A stretch of 64,000 nucleotides of DNA from Magnetococcales bacterium. GTDB lineage: Bacteria; Pseudomonadota; Magnetococcia; Magnetococcales; JADFYX01. Within the stretch, counting starts at the first letter, position 1; the number at the start of each line of letters is the position of its first letter. Shown one piece after another: positions 36,173 through 46,035 of this stretch. The DNA lies in NCBI GenBank assembly GCA_015232365.1, contig JADFZU010000007.1, forward strand, positions 8,634-72,633, written 5' to 3'. The position numbers and the translations under genes are program-made. The notes under the pieces were generated by a model, which made no database searches, was not told the origin of the DNA, and worked only from the letters and a program-made list of their open reading frames with translations.

Positions 36173-36715
36173 TTAGCTGATTATTGATTGCAACAAATTT
36201 GTCGCCTCTTGATCGACCACCATATCTTCTGTAACAGGAAGAAAAGCAGACGCTAACTGTGCCAGACTCTTATGCACCGTTGGGTGAATCATCTCCGGGG
36301 CCAACTGGGCAACAGGCAGGGCAACAAAAGCCCGGCTGAGAAAATCAGGGTCCGGAAGAACCATACCCTGCTGGGAGACAACCTCATCGCCAACCATGAC
36401 AATGTCCAGATCCAAAGGCCGTGGTGCAAAGCGGTTTACGCTACGCTGCCTGTGGCAGTCGGCCTCTATTTGTCTGAGAGTAGATTTTAAGATAAAAGGG
36501 TCAATCTGATCATGGGACAGCACCGCACCGTTTAGATAACTGCCACCAAGATCATATTTGGCCCCATGTTTTGGGTCTGGAAGAGGAGCTGTCCGCCAGA
36601 CAGTTGAGATAGCAACTAGTTTAATCTTCCGGTGAAGATTACTCAAACCTCGGTAGATATTGTTAAGAGGGTCAATATTGGCACCAAAGGCAATTATAAC
36701 CGGCTTTTCCATCAC
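36173..36715 (-). CDS. folK: 2-amino-4-hydroxy-6-hydroxymethyldihydropteridine diphosphokinase (HPPK)
   Basis: 180 aa. IIAFGANIDP, VWRTAPL and RFAPRPLDLDIV. It overlaps folB by 4 nt. Confidence 0.88.
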   Translation of the reverse strand: MMEKPVIIAFGANIDPLNNIYRGLSNLHRKIKLVAISTVWRTAPLPDPKHGAKYDLGGSYLNGAVLSHDQIDPFILKSTLRQIEADCHRQRSVNRFAPRPLDLDIVMVGDEVVSQQGMVLPDPDFLSRAFVALPVAQLAPEMIHPTVHKSLAQLASAFLPVTEDMVVDQEATNLLQSIIS

Positions 36716-37077
36716 TCACGAAATCTCTTGATGGTAACACCAACTGAGCGAGAGAAGCGGAGTGCTCCAGGCTTGTCCACCTTCACCTGTACCGCTGCAA
36801 CCCGTTCATCGGCCAAAGCCAACCCTGAAATCTTCTCTGCCAACATCTCAATCAGAAAAAAGCTTGAGGCTTCAGTCATGGCAATAATCTGCTTGCATAA
36901 TGTTTTATAGTTAACTGTATCTTCGATACGGTCACTATTTCCCGCTTTTGATAGATCGGTAAACAGCGTCAGGTTGATAACCACATCTTGCAGAGTTTTT
37001 CGCTCCCACTCCTGGATGCCGATTATGCAACGAAGACGCAAGTCATGAATATCAATTATATCTAGATTATTCTCCAT
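36712..37077 (-). CDS. folB: Dihydroneopterin aldolase
   Basis: 121 aa. IHDLRLRCIIGIQEWERKTLQDVVINLTL and VNYKTL are typical FolB motifs. Confidence 0.85.
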   Translation of the reverse strand: MENNLDIIDIHDLRLRCIIGIQEWERKTLQDVVINLTLFTDLSKAGNSDRIEDTVNYKTLCKQIIAMTEASSFFLIEMLAEKISGLALADERVAAVQVKVDKPGALRFSRSVGVTIKRFRE

Positions 37078-37120
37078 CTTGAAAAGCCCTCTCCATTTTT
37101 GTTATCGCAACAGTCAGATC

Positions 37121-37277
37121 TTGCCCGTAGTTGGGCTTGCAATAATGACATAACATATTGGTTTATATGGTGAATCAGCAAAAACAGAATTCACCTTGCT
37201 GGTGATACGACTTTTTTTGATTTGCCAGACTAATCAATTGGTTACACAAGCGACGCCCACCCAACTGCCGAATCTAG
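37121..37277. repeat. Copy B of the MITE-like intergenic repeat
   Basis: It aligns with 34315-34486 in the same orientation, at roughly two-thirds to three-quarters identity by eye. Right end cccaactgccgaatctag. Left end cccgtagttggg is its degenerate inverse. AGATC is present on both flanks. The last 4 nt overlap the stop codon of the SDR gene. Confidence 0.6.
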
Positions 37278-38005
37278 ATCAAATGCTCTCCGCCATCAAC
37301 CCGAATAATCTCGCCGGTAATATACTCTTGCTCTATTAAAAAAATCAGTGCTTTGGTTATATCTTCCGGGCTGCCAGATCTGGCTAGGGGAGTCGCGTTG
37401 GCTACTGCAGCAAAACCATCTCCGTCCTGGTCTGGAGCTGGAAGAATAGGGCCAGGAGCAATAGCGTTCACCTGAATCCAAGGAGCCATCTCCTGGGCAG
37501 CCACTTGAGTCAGGGTCCAGAGAGCACTTTTTGCACTATTATAGGCGATATGTCCCGGCCTGGGGCGGGTAATACGCTGATCGATGATGTTGATTATTTT
37601 ACCAAGAGTACGATCCGGCAACTGCCGGACAAACTCCTGCATAAGTAAAAATGGAGCGGTCAGGTTAACTGCAAGATGTTCATGCCACTGGGTCAGGGAG
37701 GTGTCAGCAAACAGGCCGGGTTTAAAAATAGCTGCACTATTAACTAAAATCTGTACCGGGCCAAAAAACCCTCCGGCCTGCTGCATAAGTGCAGATGCCT
37801 CCTCAGCCGACTCAAGATTGGCCTGAACAGTTGCCGCCTCTCCCCCGCTATGGCGGATTTGTGCAGAGAGAGCCTCGGCCTCTTTTTTCGAACTACCATA
37901 GTGAACAATAACCGAAGCTTTAGAGTTAGCCAGAGCAGCAACACAAGCGGCACCGATTCTTTTACTGCCTCCTGTCACCAATACCGGAACGCCACGAATA
38001 TCCAT
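37274..38005 (-). CDS. Short-chain dehydrogenase/reductase (pteridine-reductase-like by context)
   Basis: 243 aa. VLVTGGSKRIGAA (TGxxxxxG), NSAA, and the catalytic YNSAKSAL (YxxxK). It lies upstream of folB-folK on the same strand. Confidence 0.8.
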   Translation of the reverse strand: MDIRGVPVLVTGGSKRIGAACVAALANSKASVIVHYGSSKKEAEALSAQIRHSGGEAATVQANLESAEEASALMQQAGGFFGPVQILVNSAAIFKPGLFADTSLTQWHEHLAVNLTAPFLLMQEFVRQLPDRTLGKIINIIDQRITRPRPGHIAYNSAKSALWTLTQVAAQEMAPWIQVNAIAPGPILPAPDQDGDGFAAVANATPLARSGSPEDITKALIFLIEQEYITGEIIRVDGGEHLI

Positions 38006-38022
38006 CCTCTAAATTGAACAGA

Positions 38023-38676
38023 TCATGAGATGCTGCGTTTTGATGAGTGAGAAAAAATATCTTCATCTCCCCAGCCAGCAAGATCCAAGCTCACCCGGTG
38101 GGGAAGAAAGTTCATACAGGCCCGAGCCATAGCAGCCCGATTGTTACGTTGCAACATAGCAGCAAGTTTATGTTTCATCTCTATTAGATGGATAACATCT
38201 GATGCAGCATAGGCAATCTGCTGCTCAGTCAACTCCTCCGCCCCCCAGTCAGAAGATTGCTGCTGTTTATCCAACTCAATATTTAAAAGTTCACGGGTAA
38301 TATCTTTCAGACCATGACCATCGGTGTAGGTACGAACTAAACGAGAGGCAATTTTGGTACAGAAAACCGGAGCTACCTGAAAGCCAAGCCAGTGCCGAAG
38401 CGATGCGAGGTCAAAGCGGGCAAAATGGAAAATTTTCTCCACCTGCATAGCCTCCAAAACCGCCTTTAAACGAGGAGCGTTGTAGCGCTTGATCTGCACC
38501 AGGGTAGTTACCCCATTCTCATTACATAGCTGCACCAGACAGAGCCGATCCCGCTTGACATGGAGACCAAGTGTTTCGGTGTCTACCGCCAGATACCGGC
38601 TCTCCATATATAGTGTATATCGCTCTTCATCAAGATCATCCAAGAGCACTACAGGTTCTGAATTTTGGACTGTCAT
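38023..38676 (-). CDS. RNase D-like 3'-5' exonuclease (DEDDy family, short form)
   Basis: 217 aa. LAVDTETLGL (Exo I), CLVQL, FHFARFDL (Exo II-like) and YAASDVIHL (Exo III, Yx3D). Confidence 0.8.
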   Translation of the reverse strand: MTVQNSEPVVLLDDLDEERYTLYMESRYLAVDTETLGLHVKRDRLCLVQLCNENGVTTLVQIKRYNAPRLKAVLEAMQVEKIFHFARFDLASLRHWLGFQVAPVFCTKIASRLVRTYTDGHGLKDITRELLNIELDKQQQSSDWGAEELTEQQIAYAASDVIHLIEMKHKLAAMLQRNNRAAMARACMNFLPHRVSLDLAGWGDEDIFSHSSKRSIS

Positions 38677-38982
38677 AGTTTACCCTTTTTTTTTATTTCA
38701 GATTAACGGAGCAGACAAACATATAAAATTTCTTGACAACATCCGTTAACTCTTGGAAAGCAGAATTTTTTCAGGCATAATCAGCAAGGTTATCACTGGT
38801 CTGCTCAACACTCTATTGATAAAATTCCGCCCGACTTATTATTGGGGAATGTACCAGAGTACGGCAGAGTTTTCAAAACCAAATATATTCAACCAGAATA
38901 TTTGATAGATTTATGATGTTTTTTGTGTAAAATTTTACTTGTTTACAATACAAGGTAGCCAGAAAAAAACAAGGAGCAGTTC

Positions 38983-40212
38983 ATGGCAGAGCGAGACATC
39001 TACACTTCTGACCAATTAGCAAAAATCCGGGAAACCCTGGCAAACGCCTTAGGTGAGACTGCCGAGGAAGCTGTTGACAATCTAGATAAAAGGTTTACCC
39101 CCAAAACTGAAGGGCCGACAGGTGCCGATAGCCCTGAGAACAAAAAAAAGGCAGCAAAAGCCAAACAGAAAGCTGAAGAGGCCAAAGAGGCTGCCAGCGT
39201 TGGCACTGTCTTGGCTGAGAACAAACTCAAACACATGATCGAGGTCATCCCAGATTTTAAAGATACCCCCGATGATGTCAGCGACCTGGTTAGTGCCATC
39301 CTGAAACATCCAGAGACCAAAGCTTTCCATCTGGTCGACGCTTTATCCAAAATCAAGCAGGATGATGTACCCCTTATTGACGCTCTGGTAGAGGGAATAA
39401 CATCAAAAAAGGGCCTCAACCCTCTTATCGACGCCTTGCGTTATGCTGTTGGCAGCCCCAAAGCAATTAAAACCCTCGCCATGGGCATTGCCGAACAAGG
39501 CTCCACCAACCATCTGATTCGTGCAATTGCCACTGCCCCCAAAGGGCTGGTAGACGCTGAAACCATCTGGTGCATGGAGATTATGGGTAAAGGCTCCATG
39601 GAACAACTGCTAGAGGCGATGAAACTCCTGAATGACGAATCTCCAGGGGTGGTAATCTTGGCTGCCGGTCTAATCAACCGGAAAGAGGTAGCCATTGAAC
39701 CATTGGTTCGGGCTTTGGCTGCAGCAGGAGACAACCATCAGGCCAATGCCATACTTGCCCGCGCAATGACAGAGATAGCTGACAACACCCAGATAATCAC
39801 CCTGCTGGAAAAATATGTCACTGACGACACCGAAGCGGCAGAAATTTTTGTATCTAAACTTGTTTTTGAGAGCCTTAAAAACAAAGGCAAGGGCCGACCT
39901 AAACTAATGGCAAAAGCCTGTGGATTTATGCGTGCCGACTCCATGTCCGGTAAAATCTTGATAATGGGCATAATAAAAGAGGGTGACCCTGGCCAGATAG
40001 AAAAAGCCTACAACAGGATGAAAAGCCATGCCATAGGCCGGAAGATGGTTGCTGTTGCCATCAAAAACATGGGAGGCTTGAAAGCCATGAAGATGCTTGG
40101 CGGCATGTTCTTCCAAGTCTCAAAATTTGAAGACGAGGCCAAGGCGGCAACCGCAGAAGCTAATAAACGCTACCAGGAGATTGTTAAAGATATTTTAAAA
40201 GAAGAAGTGTAG
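38983..40212 (+). CDS. Hypothetical alpha-helical repeat protein (HEAT/ARM-like units) with acidic/Lys-rich N-terminus
   Basis: 409 aa with a good RBS (aaggag 8 nt upstream). It has recurring (L/I)(V/I)(D/R/E)A(L/I/M) helices: HLVDAL, PLIDAL, PLIDAL, HLIRAI, QLLEAM, PLVRAL. No catalytic motif was recognised. Confidence 0.6.
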   Translation: MAERDIYTSDQLAKIRETLANALGETAEEAVDNLDKRFTPKTEGPTGADSPENKKKAAKAKQKAEEAKEAASVGTVLAENKLKHMIEVIPDFKDTPDDVSDLVSAILKHPETKAFHLVDALSKIKQDDVPLIDALVEGITSKKGLNPLIDALRYAVGSPKAIKTLAMGIAEQGSTNHLIRAIATAPKGLVDAETIWCMEIMGKGSMEQLLEAMKLLNDESPGVVILAAGLINRKEVAIEPLVRALAAAGDNHQANAILARAMTEIADNTQIITLLEKYVTDDTEAAEIFVSKLVFESLKNKGKGRPKLMAKACGFMRADSMSGKILIMGIIKEGDPGQIEKAYNRMKSHAIGRKMVAVAIKNMGGLKAMKMLGGMFFQVSKFEDEAKAATAEANKRYQEIVKDILKEEV

Positions 40213-40240
40213 AAAATAGCCAGGCACAAAGAAGTAGCAG

Positions 40241-40295
40241 AAAAACTCGGACATCTTGCTTGCCTTCAGGCTCGCAAGGTGTCCGAGTTTTTTTA
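40241..40295. terminator. Bidirectional rho-independent terminator between the hypothetical gene and purA
   Basis: aaaaACTCGGACATCTTGC...GCAAGGTGTCCGAGTttttttt: a ~15-bp stem with one G-U pair, an A-tract on the left and a T-tract on the right, serving both convergent genes. Confidence 0.7.
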
Positions 40296-40339
40296 TGGCT
40301 ACTAATGGCAACCTGCCACATGTAGCCGGAAAAGATCAT

Positions 40340-41638
<1,299 letters not shown>

Positions 41639-41756
41639 TTATATCTCTCTTTAGTCACTTAAACAGGTTATATAAAAATAACAATATGTGATGCAAAACT
41701 ATCAACATCTACCACTATTAACAGCTTTTTGCAACCAGTCATTATTTGTTACTTGT

Positions 41757-41772
41757 TGGTTTAAAAGTTGCA
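41757..41772 (+). promoter_or_regulatory. Candidate sigma-54 (-24/-12) promoter upstream of the pilM/mshI-like gene
   Basis: TGGTTTAAAAGTTGCA has the invariant GG and GC with the exact consensus spacing (TGGCAC-N5-TTGCW). It lies about 115 nt upstream of the start at 41888. Confidence 0.3.
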
Positions 41773-41801
41773 TACATATTTTACAGTGATGAGTCAAAAT
41801 T

Positions 41802-41850
41802 AACTGACCGTATCTATCGTAGCTTTTAAACTACATAGATATGGTCAGTT
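41802..41850. repeat. ~20-bp imperfect inverted repeat (long hairpin) in the leader of the pilM/mshI-like gene
   Basis: aactgaccgtatctatcgtag (41802-41822), loop cttttaaa, then ctacatagatatggtcagtt (41831-41850). It has one G-U pair and one bulge. Confidence 0.6.
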
Positions 41851-41887
41851 ATCCAAGTAGAGATATCCAGGTAAAAATCGGTTAAAA

Positions 41888-42841
41888 TTGAGCATGGGTC
41901 TTTTATCAAACATTCTTCGCCCTTTTAGCAGCAAAACCGGTCGAAGCCGGGTTGGTTTGCAGTTTTCGGCAGAGAGTACGCACATTGCAGCCATATGCCA
42001 CACTAGAGGCATCAGGCCCCAGTTAGAGCTATGCCGCTCCATTGACAGCGACCCACTAAGCAGGCCAACAGTTGCAGAGATAGTGCAATATAACCGGCTT
42101 GGCAACAGCTCTACATCTATGGTTTTAGATCCACAAGATTACCAACTATTTCCCGCCAACACACCAGATCTTCCCAAACATGAGTGGCGAGAGGCCATGC
42201 AGTGGCAGATCCAGGAGCATATCGAACAGCCGGCTTCGAACATGGTGGTTGAGGTGTTTGACATTCCTCCAAGAAAGTCGGGAACAGAACCGGAACGCAT
42301 CTACGTTGTCGCAGCACAAAAAACAGCAATAGAGCGACTGAGCCACAATAGCATTCGCACCGGCTTAACCCTGGAGCAGATAACCATACCAGAACTATCC
42401 CTCATGGCATTGACCAACAAACTGCCAGAACAAGAGAGCGGTCTCGGACTGTTGCAACTAGGGCGCAAAGGTGGGCTAATATTGATTATACGCCAGCAGA
42501 CCCTCTATCTAGCCAGGTCTATAGTCAACTCTACATCACTTATTGCAGAGCAGAACAGCTTCTCTACCGCATCTCAAGACGAAGTTGCCCTTGAGATAAG
42601 GCGAACCATGGATTTTTTTGAGGGAACATTTGACCAGCCACCAATCACCTCCATCTATCTACTACCGTCCAGCCAACCACTGCCTGGAGCACAAGCAGCC
42701 TTGAAAGAGCGTCTTGACCTGCCGGTAAAAGAGTTTAACATCCGTCAGCTTATTGATGTTCCAAACCATATCTCTGACAGCGACCTTATCCCTGCTCTGC
42801 CGGCTATCGGTGCAGCCATGACAGATAACCAAGAGAGCTGA
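41888..42841 (+). CDS. PilM/MshI-like pilus assembly protein
   Basis: 317 aa. HEWREAMQWQIQEHIEQPASNMVVEVFDIPP matches the PilM/MshI N-domain pattern. Gene order with PilN- and MshJ/PilO-like genes supports the call. TTG start, with an alternative ATG at 41894. Confidence 0.6.
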   Translation: MSMGLLSNILRPFSSKTGRSRVGLQFSAESTHIAAICHTRGIRPQLELCRSIDSDPLSRPTVAEIVQYNRLGNSSTSMVLDPQDYQLFPANTPDLPKHEWREAMQWQIQEHIEQPASNMVVEVFDIPPRKSGTEPERIYVVAAQKTAIERLSHNSIRTGLTLEQITIPELSLMALTNKLPEQESGLGLLQLGRKGGLILIIRQQTLYLARSIVNSTSLIAEQNSFSTASQDEVALEIRRTMDFFEGTFDQPPITSIYLLPSSQPLPGAQAALKERLDLPVKEFNIRQLIDVPNHISDSDLIPALPAIGAAMTDNQES

Positions 42842-42846
42842 AAGGG

Positions 42847-43470
42847 TTGACGATGCGACAACATATCAACCTTCTCCGCCCCGAGTTCATGCCCAGAGAG
42901 ACCAGGCTGTCTGCTAAAACCATGCTGCTCCTGGCTGGAATATCTATTATTATGGCTATTTTCTCCTATCAAGCGGAGAGAAACATCACCAGGGAGAACG
43001 AAAAGCTAGCCCTTCTGCATAGTCAGCAAAAAAAAGTTTTAAAAAATATCGATGACTTTGCTGGCTATAATCAGCCAGATATATCCAAAACTCAAAAGCT
43101 GATGGAGTTAAAGCAGCAGCTAGCGGCAAAAAATGCCATCTTGAGTAGCGACATTGAGCTGGATATTACTGCTCCAAAACCGTTCTCCAACATTTTACAA
43201 CAGATTGCCCAAGCCCAAATACCTGGAGTTTGGCTAACTAAAGTCACTATTAGCAATACTGGAGAGCCATGGATAGTTGAGGGGTACGCCACCCGCACTA
43301 CTCCTGGCTTGATACCCCAATATCTAAAACGGCTTGCCAGCCAGTTCAACCCCCAACAGCCACAGTTTGCCGTAGACAAAATTGGAGAGACGGGAGACAT
43401 CACCAAGGAGCAGACCATCGCAACAGATAATAACAAGCTTTTTTTCCGGCTTTTGGCTAAGGGCATATGA
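42847..43470 (+). CDS. PilN/MshI(C-terminal half)-like fimbrial assembly protein
   Basis: 207 aa. N-terminal MRQHINLLRPEF (the INLL motif of PilN) followed by one TM helix (MLLLAGISIIMAIF) and a coiled coil. Confidence 0.6.
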   Translation: MTMRQHINLLRPEFMPRETRLSAKTMLLLAGISIIMAIFSYQAERNITRENEKLALLHSQQKKVLKNIDDFAGYNQPDISKTQKLMELKQQLAAKNAILSSDIELDITAPKPFSNILQQIAQAQIPGVWLTKVTISNTGEPWIVEGYATRTTPGLIPQYLKRLASQFNPQQPQFAVDKIGETGDITKEQTIATDNNKLFFRLLAKGI

Positions 43471-44126
43471 GTGTTATGAGGTTATCTGAGCAGTTCATCA
43501 ACAAAGCCATGACTACCATCAACGGCCTCTCGTTTCGGGAGAGAGCCCTGCTAACGCTCACCATAGCCTTGATTATAGTGCTGTTTTGGTTTTTTCAACT
43601 ATTTCAACCAGCCGTAAAACAGCAGTTGGCACTGGAGCAAAAATCTGCAACTCTGGAAAAAGCCCTGGCTACATTAAAAGCGATAGAAGCCAAAGCAAAA
43701 GCAGAAGCCTATATAAACCCCAACACCAAAGCCAGCCAGGATATCACCGCCCTGGTTGAAAAAAATGCCAGGTTAGACCTGCAACTAAAACAGGCTGGAA
43801 TAGCCCTCTCCGACCATCAGGAGCGGATAAATATTAAGGCGGTTTTACTCAAAGAGATGGGGGAACTTGAACTATATGGAGTTGAACAGCTAGCAGCAGA
43901 ACCTTTAATAGCCAAACCAATAAATGGTGAGGGCGGCACCACTACACAGATATATCAGCATACAGTAAAAATAGAGCTAATTGGCAGCTATCCGGCAACC
44001 TGGAGCTACCTTAAAAGACTGGAAAAGAGCAGCCTGCCAATACAGTGGGAAAAACTTGGCTACCAAACCACAAACCATCCCATAGGTTTGACCAGTCTAA
44101 CCATTAGAAGCATTGGTCTTAGATAA
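43467..44126 (+). CDS. MshJ/PilO-like pilus assembly protein
   Basis: 219 aa. N-terminal ...INGLSFRERALLTLTIALIIVLFWFF (the RER + TM pattern seen in MshJ), a coiled coil, then a C-terminal beta-rich domain. It overlaps the preceding gene by 4 nt. Confidence 0.5.
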   Translation: MSVMRLSEQFINKAMTTINGLSFRERALLTLTIALIIVLFWFFQLFQPAVKQQLALEQKSATLEKALATLKAIEAKAKAEAYINPNTKASQDITALVEKNARLDLQLKQAGIALSDHQERINIKAVLLKEMGELELYGVEQLAAEPLIAKPINGEGGTTTQIYQHTVKIELIGSYPATWSYLKRLEKSSLPIQWEKLGYQTTNHPIGLTSLTIRSIGLR

Positions 44127-44841
44127 CTCTTGTCCGATAACCACTCCACAAATAGTCAAACTGAAGAGAACCAATCACTTGGGCGGGGTATTGCCAGATG
44201 TAGCCAACCTAGAGCATGCTGCCCGTAGCTCCAAAAATGTTTTTTCCACCATTATTGATTTGGCCGAGGTCACATTTGATACAATTATTTCCTATGACAG
44301 TATCTCCAGAGGCCGTCGCTATAAAAGCAATGAGTTTACCACGACCATGGAACGCTAACTTAATCAGCAAAACCATAATCTTGCACTAGATTACGCACCC
44401 CTACCCCACAATCCAACTTCCAACACAGAACTCCGCTGTAAAAAACTCCAAGGATTGATGCCTGCCCTGGGTATGGATAGCCAGGAGTGCAAACATGGCT
44501 GGGCCAGGATTAAACATCACTGCTTTAACTGCCAACACACCAAACCAGCTAAACAGTACCGTGATGAAGGCAACGGCGGATGGGGGTAGCAGGTAAACGC
44601 CAATTCAGCTAAAATGGCTGAGAGCCTGGATTCCCCACACACCACTTAAAACCAATAAATGGGTTTAACTTTTTAAAACAGACCCTGGATGCGATCAAAG
44701 CCGGATAGCAGGATCAACCTCCATACCCTTTTTAACCCTTACACCCTTGACCGACATGTTAAGAAAAGAGAACATGGTATGCTTTTGTAATTATGAAATA
44801 TGAGCCACTTTTACAAGTTTTCTCCTCGGTCTTGAGGCAAA

Positions 44842-46035
44842 ATGAGCGACACAGCAACCAATGACCCAAGCTCAGTCGGCATTGTAGAGCAGCATCAAGC
44901 AACCCTGTTTGATAACGGGGAACCCCTTACTCTGGACTGTGGCAAAAGCCTGAGTCCGGTACAGGTTGCTTATGAGACCTACGGAACCCTAAATGCTGAT
45001 GCCAGCAACGCTATTATTATCTGCCATGCTCTCTCAGGCAATGCCCATGCTGCGGGACGACATACAGCCGAAGATAGAAAACCGGGCTGGTGGGACCAGT
45101 ATATCGGTCCTGGAAAACCGTTTGATACCGACTATTTTTTTATTATCTCCAGTAACAACCTAGGCGGCTGTAACGGCACAACCGGCCCCTCCAGCATTGA
45201 TCCAGAGACAGGGAAACAGTTTGGGCTCAATTTTCCCATTATCACCATAGCTGACATAGCCCGGCTGCAAAAAGCCCTGGTAGACCACCTGGGCATTAAA
45301 ACCCTATTGGCTACAGCCGGAGGCTCCATGGGAGGAATGATCGCCCTACAGTGGGCCTTGGACTATCCAGAATTTGTACCTGGATGCGTTATTATAGCCT
45401 CCACACCGAGACTTACTGCTCAGAACATCGCATTCAATGCTGTCGCCAGACAGGCGATAATGGCTGACCCCAATTTTAACAATGGGGACTACTATGATGG
45501 TGACGGCCCGACAAACGGCCTGGCAATAGCCAGAATGATGGCCCACATTACCTACCTCTCTGAAAAGGGGCTGGATAAAAAATTTGGCCGCCGTATGCAG
45601 AACCCCCAGACCACAGGCAGCAGTTTTGACCAGGATTTTGCCGTGGAGTCTTATCTCCGCTATCAAGGCTCATCATTTGTGACCAAGTTTGATGCCAATA
45701 CCTACCTCTACATCACCAAAGCCATGGATCAGTTTGATCCATTTCCAGACCCCGAAACCACAGCTAAACGTCTGGAGAAAGTCAACTCCCGGATTATGGT
45801 TATGAGCTTTGATACCGATTGGCGTTTTAATACCGCACACTCAAAAGATCTGGTTAAAATTTTGAACTGGCACAATAAAAACGTATCTTTTGAAGAGTTC
45901 ACATCCCCACACGGTCACGATGCCTTTTTAATGAAATCTCCTGACTATCAACAGTCATTAGCCTCATTTTTGCTCCGCCTCTATCAAGATTTTGTAATAG
46001 AGTCAACGACAAAAAAAAATAAGGACAACAGATAG
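44842..46035 (+). CDS. metX: Homoserine O-acetyltransferase
   Basis: 397 aa. NAIIICHALSGNAHAAG and the nucleophile elbow GGSMGGMIALQWAL. metW follows immediately. Confidence 0.92.
   Translation: MSDTATNDPSSVGIVEQHQATLFDNGEPLTLDCGKSLSPVQVAYETYGTLNADASNAIIICHALSGNAHAAGRHTAEDRKPGWWDQYIGPGKPFDTDYFFIISSNNLGGCNGTTGPSSIDPETGKQFGLNFPIITIADIARLQKALVDHLGIKTLLATAGGSMGGMIALQWALDYPEFVPGCVIIASTPRLTAQNIAFNAVARQAIMADPNFNNGDYYDGDGPTNGLAIARMMAHITYLSEKGLDKKFGRRMQNPQTTGSSFDQDFAVESYLRYQGSSFVTKFDANTYLYITKAMDQFDPFPDPETTAKRLEKVNSRIMVMSFDTDWRFNTAHSKDLVKILNWHNKNVSFEEFTSPHGHDAFLMKSPDYQQSLASFLLRLYQDFVIESTTKKNKDNR

Noticed and set aside
44113-44358. 81-aa ORF immediately after the MshJ-like gene, as a candidate MshK/PilP.
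   Set aside because: It has no signal peptide or lipobox and no recognisable motif, and it overlaps the preceding gene's end in another frame. I treat it as part of the decayed region rather than as a gene.
44560-44841. Possible SAM riboswitch in the long region upstream of metX.
   Set aside because: By eye I could not find the conserved SAM-I, SAM-II or SAM-V core sequences or a convincing pseudoknot or terminator. A covariance-model scan (Infernal/Rfam) would be needed to decide, so I make no call.
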